Shown here: positions 1 through 15,750 of the stretch, piece by piece | How positions within the stretch are numbered: the first letter of the stretch is position 1 | Layout of the letters: each line of letters opens with the position of its first letter | Assembly (NCBI RefSeq): GCF_009914755.1 | Contig: NC_060929.1 | DNA length: 64,000 bases | Direction: 5' to 3' (one strand) | Source of the DNA: the human T2T-CHM13v2.0 reference genome, Homo sapiens | Made by a program: the position numbers and the translations under genes | The notes under the pieces: model-generated | What the model saw: the letters and a program-made list of their open reading frames with translations, nothing else | Database searches by the model: none | What the model was told of the DNA's origin: nothing

Positions 1-429
1 AGTGTTTAGGCAGGTTTATGCTGAGTAATATGTTTAGGTGGTGCATGTATTCTAATTCAGAGTTTTGCCCATATTAAGATAAACTTCCTGTACCTATTGA
101 CACTGAATAACAGAGATCTATTTAATCTGGCTTCACCTCCAAGCTAAACAAGTTTTGAAGAAATACTACAGAGAGAAATTGGGTTTGGATTTTGTAGGAG
201 GCTTATATTTTGGTTGTAAGAAGAATGGTGTTCTTAAGCTAGATCTACTCTGAAAGTTTATGATTGTACTTCAGGTATTAGACTTCCTAGAAACTGTAGT
301 TAGAAAAAATTAAAGATCTAACTCTCTAGTATGCTTCTATACTCAGTGGCTTCTTGGCACTGCTTGGCACGATCTTATCAAAAAATGTAATGATGTGGTG
401 AAGAGTTCTACTAAAGACAGGAGACCATT

Positions 430-1031
430 ATTTCTGCGTTTTCATACTCTTTATTGCCAACGGTTTAAAATGGTCAACATAAAAAAAAAGACATTTTGAT
501 AATAAATACTGCTCTTTGGGCTGTAATAAATAAAAAGTTTATTAACAAGGAATGCACTTTTCCAGCCACAAGTATCTTCAAAAATTAATGAAAAAAAATT
601 ATATATGGCCATAGTTCACAGTTACGCAGCCAAAAGCTGCTCCAATTACAGCCTTTAAACAACATGGGAGCTTCCTCCCTTCTCCCTCCCCTTCAGGAAG
701 TATATTCACAGTTCCAAAGTCCTCTGGCTGAAATGCTCTCAACAGAGAGAATTTAAGAATCAATGCACCTTTCTGCAAAATTGTCTGAAAAACCTTTTAA
801 AACAGGTATCTCAAGGAAAACTGCATTCTGGTTCACTCTTGGATTGTCCAAAGTCAAGAACTGTATGCCTTAGCCTGTTCTGGTTCCACCCAGTCCAGCA
901 GGCCACAGGGGAATTGTTTTCGTACCACCACATGTCCATCTTCTTCAACATACTCTAGATCATTCTTTTGGCTTCCCTGTAGATCTCACAGTGGAAAAGA
1001 GGAGTCCCATAGGGTCCATTCGAAAAGTCTT
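430..1031 (-). other. PLK2: PLK2 3'UTR (end approximate)
   Basis: Runs from the stop codon to about 20 nt past AATAAA at 455-450; contains AU-rich elements and miRNA seed matches. Confidence 0.85.
450..455 (-). terminator. PLK2 polyadenylation signal AATAAA (distal)
   Basis: Plus-strand TTTATT; a second AATAAA lies at 543-538. Confidence 0.75.
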
Positions 1032-6406
<5,375 letters not shown>

Positions 6407-6556
6407 GGTCGCCTTGCCGCCCCGCACTGCCCGCTGCCACCCCCTAGGCGCGGTCACACGTCCGAGCCGGCCGTGGTCCTCGCACCCTTGCCTCTGGTGC
6501 CGACTAGCACCCAACACCCCGGTCCACTTGTGCGAGTGAGAGCGCTCGGCGAAGTC

Positions 6557-6563
6557 TTATATA
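6557..6563 (-). promoter_or_regulatory. PLK2 TATA box (TATATAA); TSS expected near 6530
   Basis: Plus-strand TTATATA about 150 nt upstream of the ATG, inside the CpG island. Confidence 0.85.
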
Positions 6564-6602
6564 CGGGGAGGCGGGAAGGGGGCGGAGACTCGATACGCGA
6601 CA

Positions 6603-6628
6603 CCACGTCACGGCCTATGCCCCGCCCC
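6603..6628 (-). promoter_or_regulatory. CRE-like/UPRE-like TGACGTGG (6610-6603) and GC box (6620-6628)
   Basis: Plus-strand CCACGTCA and CCCCGCCCC just upstream of the TATA box. Confidence 0.65.
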
Positions 6629-7358
6629 ACGGCCGGCCGAGCGCGCGTGGCCGGGAAGCAAGTCTTGTCCCGCCACCCGGGTCTCGCTTCCCAGCGGAGC
6701 CGCGCGCCTCAAACGCCGGCCGCCGAGAGCTCTTGCGGCCGCGGGAAGGCCTTCAGAGCCGTCCGTGGGCCCCGCTGTCCCGTTCTTCGAAGGCTCCGAG
6801 CCTCAGCGTAGAAAACAGAATCGCGAGGGCCGACGCCTGGCCTCACCCCCGCCCCAGCCGCCTGGTGGCAGGGCAGTGCCGTGACCCGAGCGAGTCGGGC
6901 GCGGGTGTAGACGCAGTCCCTCCCCCGCACAGCCCTTCCCGGCCGCCCGGGGCCTCCTGTGTCAAGGTATCAGGGTGCCCGGAGCCCGCCGCACGGGCAG
7001 GCGAGGCCTCCTCCGGCCGTATGACAGGGCTCGTCTGCAGCTGCCCCGCAGTGCCTGCCCGCGCTGTGACGAGCTCGCTGGTGTCTAGCTGGGGCAGTGC
7101 CGAGAGGCCGTGGGGGTGAAAGGCCGGGATTCGTGGAGCCGGGCATTCGAGCCCATCGCGCTAGGGCAGACACGGGCCCGCAGCCGGGATCCCGGGCCGA
7201 TCGGCCAACCGTGCCAGGATCCCACTCGAGGCCCGTCTGGCCCCCGCCCATGCCCCTAGAGCGAGCCTCTGTCTGAGGTCGGCCCCTGAACCTTGCAGAG
7301 CGAGGTCGACGTCCTGGCAAGGCGTCCTCCGCCCGTAGCCCGAAGATTGGAAAGCAAG

Positions 7359-7373
7359 GGCGCCATCTTGTGG
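7359..7373 (-). promoter_or_regulatory. Overlapping CTCF/YY1 motif
   Basis: Minus-strand CCACAAGATGGCGCC resembles the CTCF core; plus-strand CGCCATCTT is the YY1 consensus. CCAAT boxes at 7346-7350 (reverse) and 7474-7478. Confidence 0.6.
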
Positions 7374-7987
7374 AATGTTCCGGAATGCCGTTAGGTGTCG
7401 AAGTGGGCAGCGGTTGACAACCGTGGGCCTTTGACAGTTACTAGTACTAAACATCGATGCCGATTGTGAGTTTCCAATCAGAGTCATCTATGACTTCTTC
7501 CGAATGCATCTGTTGAGATGGCTCATGAGCTGCCCTGGTTCCTGGAGAGTCAATCTGAGACTTTCTGGGGTAGGGAGATTGGTAGGATGAAGAGAGGAGC
7601 GTAGGCCAGTGAGTGCAAACACAGCTTAGTTTCCCATTTCCAGATTTTGCTGTGCAGTTTGACTAATCTAGGAACACGTTTTTTTGTTTGTTTTTCTTGT
7701 TCTAATTACGATAGAGTAACATTTATTGAGGACTGTGCAGTATTTTTAAATGCCTTATTTCATCCTACAACAATTCTGAGAGAAATATTGTAAGGAAGGA
7801 AAAATAATTTTCCACCTTTCAAAGTTTTGGCCTGGGTCGCTGTAACCAGACAGATTAACAAGAAAACAAAGAAGCTTATTAACATATACGTCTCATATAT
7901 ACATGGGAGATAACCAGGAAAATTAGAGATGGTTTAAAATCGGGCTTAAATACTATCTTTAGCTAAACCAAAAGAAAAGAGTGGGGC

Positions 7988-8010
7988 AGGCAAGTTAAGG
8001 AACCATGACC
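7988..8010. promoter_or_regulatory. p53 response element (degenerate, 3-bp spacer)
   Basis: AGGCAAGTTA-agg-AACCATGACC; both half-sites keep the CWWG core. Confidence 0.6.
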
Positions 8011-8720
8011 AGGAAATGTACGGTAAACAGGAGTGGGGTTTCTTATTTCTTCATTGATAAGTTTTTCATGATTTAGAGTCATTCTTCCTGGTACAGAGGA
8101 GACACTTTTACAAATGGAGTTTTGTGGGGTTTTTTTGTTTTTTGTTTTTGTTTTTTTTTTTTTTAGTGAATGTACGTTTCCCTTACGAAAGGGTAATATG
8201 CCATTTTTAGAGCATTTCCTGGGTCTGCTGGTTCTCAAAATAATTATCTTAAAATAATCTTTATCCCAGGGCCATATTTGGGGTGGCATATTCTCATCTC
8301 CTACATTATTATTCCCATTTTATAGATGAGGCTTGGAGAACTTAGGTAATTATTGTATATTTTTACTAGATCATCGAGGTTAGGTTAATTAGCAGCACAC
8401 TTGAATCTTTTTACCTATGTTAACAGGATATGGTAAATAGTTTTTTGAAGCTAAATTCCAGAGAAATTTAGAATACCAGATTATTGAATCCCTGGAAGGT
8501 ACATACAAAAAGTTGCTGCAGTCCACTGTCAAATTTAGGTATGTGTGGTATCAACATTAATCGAACATTTACAAAAATACTGTGTCTCAAATACTTCCAG
8601 CATAATGTGGAAAAGAGGCTTATTGCCATTAGAGAGGAGAAAGGGAAAGGCTTTGCCATTAGCGAGGAGAAAGGGAAAGTCTTTGCTGTCACTTCCGTTT
8701 TTGATTCTTTAAAGAGTGCA

Positions 8721-8740
8721 GGGCAAGTCCAGGCATGTTT
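8721..8740. promoter_or_regulatory. Perfect p53 response element upstream of PLK2
   Basis: GGGCAAGTCC AGGCATGTTT matches RRRCWWGYYY twice (20/20) with no spacer; PLK2 is an established p53 target. Confidence 0.92.
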
Positions 8741-8942
8741 CTCATAAGTGACAATAGACTTTAACCCCAAGATTGTCAGGGATGGAATAAGGGGTGGGGC
8801 TTAGGGGTGGAAATTCAGAATTACGTAATTATCCTCTTTATTCATAAGCCCAGGGGTGACCTTTGCTTCCCAGATTTGTGCAAACCTACTCTCTAAGATG
8901 TAGAAGGCTTGCAGGTTTAGAAAATATTACTAGAATTTATCA

Positions 8943-8965
8943 AAGCTAGTTTACACACCATGTCT
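8943..8965. promoter_or_regulatory. p53 response element (3-bp spacer)
   Basis: AAGCTAGTTT-aca-CACCATGTCT. Confidence 0.65.
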
Positions 8966-9419
8966 TTATGGTTGATAATAAACTGTATATGTATACATAT
9001 GTGTGTATGTGTATGTGTATTCATTTGTGGCCTAAGATAAAAAACTGAAGAATAGATTGTCATGATTTTTTTTAAATGTCAATTTCTTCTTTGATTAGCA
9101 TACACTATGGTATGTATCTTTACCAAATGGACTTCAGTATTTGATAAACTGTTGAACATTCCATGTGAAGTTCAGGTCTGTCTGCCACAACATGGAGGCA
9201 TTTAATAAAATATTAACGCTGTGTAAATCTTATGTTGTCTTCTTTCCGACTGAGAACATGATTTTTTTGGGGTTGTGGTGCCATCATGTGGACAGAACCA
9301 AAATTGTAGTCTATAGAACAAAAAAGGAAATAAATGCGCTTTCTATTAAGTAGACTAATTACTAAATATCATGGAGTCAATTTGGTAACCAGTAGGAAGG
9401 AAAAAATGGATCCATGCTT

Positions 9420-10060
9420 CATATCTGGCTTATTTTCAAGCAAATGAAAGTTTGAAATACGTGAAATTTTAAGACAATATGAAAGAATTCTTTCATAGCC
9501 TGAATGTGGTAGAACTTTCAACTATTTACAAAATCTAGAATCCCTAAAAAAAAAAAAAAGCAAGATTCATTAATGTAACTATATAGAAACAAAACCCTTT
9601 CATTGATTTAAAATAACAAAACACCACAAATAAAGTCAAAGGATAAATAACACTGGAAAAATTATTTTCAACTCATCACAGAGAAAGAGCTTATCTTCCT
9701 GTTATATAAAAACTCCTACAATTGGATAAAATACCAATTATCCAACAGAAAACAAATGGTTCTTACATTTGCTCAATTTCACTCTTCAGAAGAGAAATTG
9801 AAATGAAAGATATACTGAGGCACCCTTTCCTACAAAATTGGCAAAACCCTCAAAAGTTGCCGTGAACATGCTCAACTGCTGAAGTGTTGAGGAAGCAGCA
9901 CTCCATATATTGCTGTTGGGAATGGAAATTGATATAATTTCAGTGAAAAGTAATTTGGCCAAATCTATCAAATTTAGAAATGAATGTATTCTCTTACTTA
10001 GGAATTTATCCTATGGATATAATCTCATATATAAAATGATGCATGACACATCAACAAATG
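9420..10060 (+). mobile_element. Old L1M fragment (resumes at about 11445-11620)
   Basis: Degraded L1 ORF2/3' sequence; A-rich plus strand. Confidence 0.55.
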
Positions 10061-10138
10061 ATAAAAACCCTGGCCAAATTAAGCCCAATTCTTACATTTG
10101 TAAATAAGTTTTTATTTAAAAGAACCGTGCCCATTTGC

Positions 10139-11295
10139 CGGGATCTAATTAAACTAAAGAGCTTCTGCACAGCAAAAGAAACTATCGTCAGAGTGAACAG
10201 GCAGCCTACAGAATGGGAGAAAATTTTTGCAATCTATCCATCTTACAAAGGGCTAATATCCATCATCTACAAAGAACTTAAACAAATTTACAAGAAAAAA
10301 AACAACCCCATCAGAAAGTGGGCAAATGATATGAACAGACACTTCTCAAAAGAAAACATTTATGCTATCAACAAACATGAAGAAAAGCTCATCATCACTG
10401 GTCATTAGAGAAATGCAAATCAAAACCACAGTGAGATATATCTCACGCCAGTTAAAATGGCGATCATTGAGAAGTCAGGAAACAACGAATGCTGGAGAGG
10501 ATGTGGAGAAATAGGAACGCTTTTACATTGTTGGTGGGAGTGTAAATTAGTTCAATTGTGGAAGACAGTGTGGCCATTCCTCAAGGATCTAGAACCAGAA
10601 ATACCATTTGACCCAGCAATTCCATTACTGAGTGTATACCCAAAGGATTATAAATCATTCTACTATAATGACACATGCACATGTATGTTTATTGCAGCAC
10701 TGTTCACAGTAGCAAAGACTTGGAGCTGACCCAAATGCCCATGAATGATAGATTGGATAAAGAAAATGTGGCACATATACACCATGGAATACTGTGCAGC
10801 CATAAAAAAGGATAAGTTGATGTTCTTTGCAGGGACATGGATGAAGCTGGAAACCATCATTCTCAGCAAACTAACACAGGAACAGAAAACCAAACACTGC
10901 ATGTTCTCATTCATAAGTGGGCATTAAACAATGAGAACATATGGACACAAGGAGGGGAACATCACACACTGGGGCCTATCAGGAGGTGGGGGCCTAGAGG
11001 AGGGATAGCATTAGGAGAAATACCTAATGTAGATGACGGGTTGATGGATTCAGCAAACCACCATGGCACGTGTATACCTATGTAACAAACCTGCACATTC
11101 TGCACATGTATCCCATAACTTAAAGTATAATAAAAAAATTTTTTTTAAAAAGACTACACATTGGGTACAGTGTACACTGCTTGAGTGATGGGTACAGCGA
11201 AATCTCAGAAATCACCACTAAAGGACTTAATGTAACCAAATACCACTTGTTCACCAAAAACCTATTAAAAGAAAAAATAATAATTTTCAAAAAAC
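10139..11295 (+). mobile_element. 5'-truncated L1PA (ORF2 end, 3'UTR and an extra 3' tail) inserted in a MER58
   Basis: ORF2-like peptides [15 protein letters not shown] and EIPFDPAIPLL; L1 3'UTR; 16-bp TSD aaccRtgcccatttgc at 10123-10138 and 11296-11311. Confidence 0.92.
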
Positions 11296-11442
11296 AACCA
11301 TGCCCATTTGCTTATGTAGATATATTGTCTATGGCTGCTTTCATGCTACAATGGCAGAGTTCAGCTGTGACAGAGACCAAATGGCCTGCAATGCCTAAAA
11401 TATTTGCTACCTAGCCCTTTACAGAAACAGTTTGCTGACCTC
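11296..11442. mobile_element. MER58 hAT transposon, right part (left part about 10060-10138)
   Basis: tattgtctatggctgctttc...aaaatatttgctacctagccctttacagaaa..gtttgctgacc is the MER58 signature. Confidence 0.75.
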
Positions 11443-11624
11443 TCATGTATAAGGTTATTCACTGCAGTGTTGCTTGTAATAATTAAAGATTAGAAACAAC
11501 CTAAGTGGCCATCAATAGAAAACTGGTTAAATGATGATGTGTTCATGCCGTGAAAATGTAGGCAGTTGTAAAAACAAAATGAAGAAGCTTTTTAAGTATT
11601 GATATGAAAAAAATCTCCAAAATA

Positions 11625-12054
11625 GGCCGGGCGCGGTGGCTCAACAACTTGGGAGGCTGAGGCAGGCCGATCATCTGAGGTCAGGAGTTCTAGACCAGCC
11701 TGGCCAACATGGTGAAACCCCGTCTCTACTAAAATTACAAAAATTAGCCAGGTGTGGTGGTAGGTGCCTGTAATCCCAGCTATTCAGGAGTCTGAGGCAA
11801 GAGAATCGCTTGACATTAGGAGATATACCTAATGTAAATGACCAGTTAATGGGTGCAGCACACCAACACGGCACATGTATACATATGTAACAAACCTGCA
11901 TGTTGTGCACATGTACCCTAGAACGTAAAGTACAATAAATATATATACAAAAAAAAAAAAAGAGAAACGCTTGAACCCGGGAGGCGGAAGTTGCAGTGAG
12001 CCGAGATCACACCATTGCACTCCAGCCTGGGGGACAAGAGTGAGACTTCGCCTC

Positions 12055-12087
<33 letters not shown>
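11625..12087 (+). mobile_element. AluS interrupted by a short L1PA 3' end; tail converted to (CA)n
   Basis: GGCCGGGCGCGGTGGCTC start; 14-bp TSD aaatctccaaaata at 11611-11624 and 12088-12101. Confidence 0.93.
11814..11959 (+). mobile_element. About 146-bp L1PA 3'-terminal insertion inside the Alu right arm
   Basis: L1PA 3' end (gagatatacctaatgtaaatg...gtaccctagaac.taaagta) plus poly(A); 15-bp TSD at 11799-11813 and 11960-11974. Confidence 0.93.

Positions 12088-12088
<1 letters not shown>
12059..12088. repeat. (CA)n microsatellite
   Basis: About 15 perfect CA units at the Alu tail. Confidence 0.95.
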
Positions 12089-12090
<2 letters not shown>

Positions 12091-12785
12091 TCTCCAAAAT
12101 AAATACTGTGGAAAGCAAGTATAGGATAGTGTATGGTATAGTAAAATATGTTTCCTTGGAATAAAAAATGAGGGGAAAATAACATATTTTTATAGCCTTA
12201 ATTATGCATAAAGCATAAACTTTTGGGAAGGATTAATAGCAAACTAATAATAATAGGTTTTCTTCTGTTTACTTGTTTACATATTTTTGTGAGAAGATTA
12301 TTTACTTTTCTGATCATTTTTATGTGTTTTAATGTCTGAACCAGAAGAATACATTACTATTTAAAAATACATATAAAAACATTTTTTAAGGATGTGATTT
12401 GGCTCATCAAAGAGAACTTTGTGTTCCACTCTCTGTTACATTCTATCATCTCATCAAGGTTTGCAATACACACTTTATACTATAAGTATAGGGTGCAGCG
12501 AAAATACTTTATATTGCTTAATTGATTATTACTTTTCTTCCCCACAGGTATGAAAGCTTCATGAGGACAGGTACATTTCTTAGTTTAATGCTATATTCCC
12601 CATGCCTTGAATAGTACATGACAGAGTAAAAACTCAATTATTTGTTAGATAGACACATTTATAAATATAAAACTATTGAGAAAACAAGATACCTCTTAGA
12701 TTTGATCTTGCACAAATTTCTGAAACTCTCTATGTCTCAGTTTCTTCTTCTGTAACAAGAGGATGACAACATTTTATAAGGTTGT

Positions 12786-13144
12786 TGCTATGGTATGAAT
12801 GTTTTTGTTCCCACAACATTCATTTGTTGAAATTCTCACCTACATTGTGATGGTATTAAGAGGTGGGTCTTTGGAGGTGATTAGCTCATGGGGTTAGAGC
12901 CTTCATAAATGGCATTAATACCTTCATAATAGAGACTGAAGAGATACTCCTTGCCCCTTCCACCATGTGAGACCACAGCAAGAAGGTGCCATCTGTGAGG
13001 AAGTTGGCCCTCACCAGATACCAAATCTGCTAGCAACATGATCTTGGATTTCCCAGCTCCTAGAACTGTGAGAAATAAATTTATTGTTTATAAGCCACCT
13101 AGTTTTGTGATATTTTGTTATAGCAGCCCAGAGGGGCTAAGACA
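12786..13144 (+). mobile_element. MaLR solo LTR (MLT1A-like) inserted in a MIR
   Basis: TG...CA ends, internal aataaa, tgttatagcagccc..ctaagaca terminus; MIR sequence on both flanks. Confidence 0.85.
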
Positions 13145-13707
13145 ATTGTTATAATGATTAAACAAGCCAATGCATAGAATGTGCTTAGAACAGTGCCTGT
13201 CACATGGTGGGAAATCTATAATGCTAGTTATTATTTAATATTCAGGAGAAAGGAAGGGGCAAGAAGAAAAACTACCAAGGGCAGGAGAGATGGACAAGAA
13301 GGAGTTTAACCCAAGGTAGAGTGGAGAGATACTGTTCCCAGCATCTGGTTTACTGAAAGGAATTCAACAAAACTGAACGGAACTGACAGGGAGAAAGAAC
13401 AACAAATAAGCACTGTTTTTGTTTGCCTTTCTAAAAATTTGCTTTTGACTTGGGGAATTGACAAGAGAGAGACAGTGAAAGGACAAGCACCTAGGAGGCT
13501 GTCACCACCAGGCAATGAAGAAGATGACTCAGCTCTGGACCTCGAAAGTGAAGGAAGCTGCCTCCTAGCTGCTGTGAGGGAAGGGGAGGGGCTGGTGTGC
13601 TACTCTCAGTCTCTGCCTGGGAGGCCACAATGGTACAGGCTTCGAGTGAGCCTTAAAGAACATGTGGCCATGAGTATGTGCCTGTGAGTGGTTGTGTGAA
13701 TAGGACG

Positions 13708-14352
13708 TATGAGAGGAAAATAAATCTTGGGGCCCCAAAATTACTACGCCAAATGGAAATGTCAAGCTGGGAACTGCTTCAGGCAAGCCTGCCTCCCATT
13801 TTACTCCTAAATAAGATAGCTACAGAGATTAAAGAAAAAAAAAAAAGAAGCTACATACCTCCCTCACAATTGGCCCACTAGGAAATTCCTTGTGAGCCCC
13901 AAGATCTTTACCTTAAAACAGTTTTGTTGAATTTTACCCTGACAGTGTAAATTGATAGTTTATCTTCAGAGGTGCAGGACAGAAAGTTACCTCTCTGCTC
14001 ACCTGAGACAAATGCATATCTGATTGCTGATGTAAAAAATGTAGATTCACTGAGCTAGACAAGGCATAAGTGACTCTTCCTCCACCTCCCTTTCACATGT
14101 AAATTGTATATTCAGTGAAAGGCTGATCAATGACTCAAAAGAATGCAACCGTTTGTGTCTTATCTACCCACAACTCTTAAAAGTTTATTCCCCTTTCCCT
14201 GATGTCCACCCTTTCTCCTTTAAATATTAAAGCCCTCAAAATCATCTTTGAAGAAAGGTACAGACCTGCCTCCCAGTTGCATGTCCTTAATCTTGGCAAA
14301 ATAAACTTTCTAAATTGATTAAGACCTGCTTCAGATACTTTTTGGTTTTATA
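13708..14352 (+). mobile_element. MER4-family ERV1 solo LTR
   Basis: ggaaaataaatcttggggcccc...gtcaagctgggaactgctt start and ggcaaaataaactttctaaattgatt end. Confidence 0.85.
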
Positions 14353-15750
14353 GACATGATCTGCTGTACGTGGGAAACCCAAATGCACTCTGGCCAAACA
14401 GTGTTCCCCTCTTCCTTCCATACCCAACTGAGTCTTTGGGACTTCAGGACTACAAAGACCAAACAGATATGTGGAAAAGGGATGGCATTCTGAGGATGGC
14501 AGTGACTTGGACTTGGCAGAGATTGAAAGAATGGGCTGCTGGTCTCTTCACAGTAATAATTAAGCTGAGCTGCAATGACAAGAAGGCAGCAGAGAGGCTT
14601 TAAAAAAAATTCTGAAAATTATTAAAATGCATAGGAAAGTTGAAAGAAGGGTGCAGTGAATATTCATATATCCACCTCCAAAGTCAACAATTCTCTCTCC
14701 TCATTTAAACTTATGTTACAAACATAACATGTTATTCCTAAATACTTCAGCATGCATCTCTTAAAAAAGGAGATTTTCATGTAACGATAATACCTTTTAC
14801 ACACCTTGTATTAATAAAATAAACAATAATTCCTAAATATCTAATACCTAGTTCATATTCACATTTTCCCACTTGTTCCTAAAGTCCATTTTATAACTGA
14901 TTTGTTCAAAGAGCCAATGAAGGACCCTAGACTGCATTCTGCTATGACTCCTAACTCAATCTGCAAGAGTCACTACTCCCTGCTTTTGACTTTTCAAAGA
15001 GACCAGGCCAGATACCTTGCAAAATGTTCATTTTCTGGATTTGTTTTATTGCTTTCTGTTGGTTTAATTTAATGTATTGTTTTGTATTCTGTATGTCTTT
15101 TAAACTTTTAGTTAGAAATGCAGACTGATTTAGATTTGGGTTAAGCACGTTTTAGTAAGTATATGTCATAGAGAACGCTCCATAATTCCCACAATATCCC
15201 ATCAGGAGATATATAGTGTCTTACTATTCCTGAGAGTCAATTTGATTACAGTATTAGGAGGGTGGCAGCCCAGTCTCACCACTGTAGATGTGCAGTGCCT
15301 CCCTTGTTATTGGCAGATAATATGTGAGCTAATGTGGGAAAATGTTTCCATTGGCCATTCATCAGATGACTTGATCCCATGTTGATAATTCTTAATGGAA
15401 TCAGTTATTTCATTTGTGGTTGCAAAATGGTGACTTTCTGATACTGTCCATTTATTACTTAGTATTCTTCAATAAAAGTATTTCCTCAGCAACTGAGGCT
15501 GTTTTATTACCCTGCACTACAAACAGAATAAATGTTTAATTCACTCTTTTTAATTACCAATTTTTCAAATAAAGATTGGTATGATAGTAATATCCAATGT
15601 GGGCAAAAACTTTTTGTTTTCACATTTACTGCTTTTTTAATATCATTTGTGGCTTCATGGACTTTTATACTTTTCAAGTGTTTTAATAAACTCTATTCGC
15701 TATTTTTTAGTCTAGGCCCATTCAGACAACAGAAATAGGAAGTACATTTT

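Noticed and set aside
10043-11085. ORFs resembling proteins
   Set aside because: Broken L1 ORF2 C-terminus and 3'UTR; the same applies to 54889-55182.
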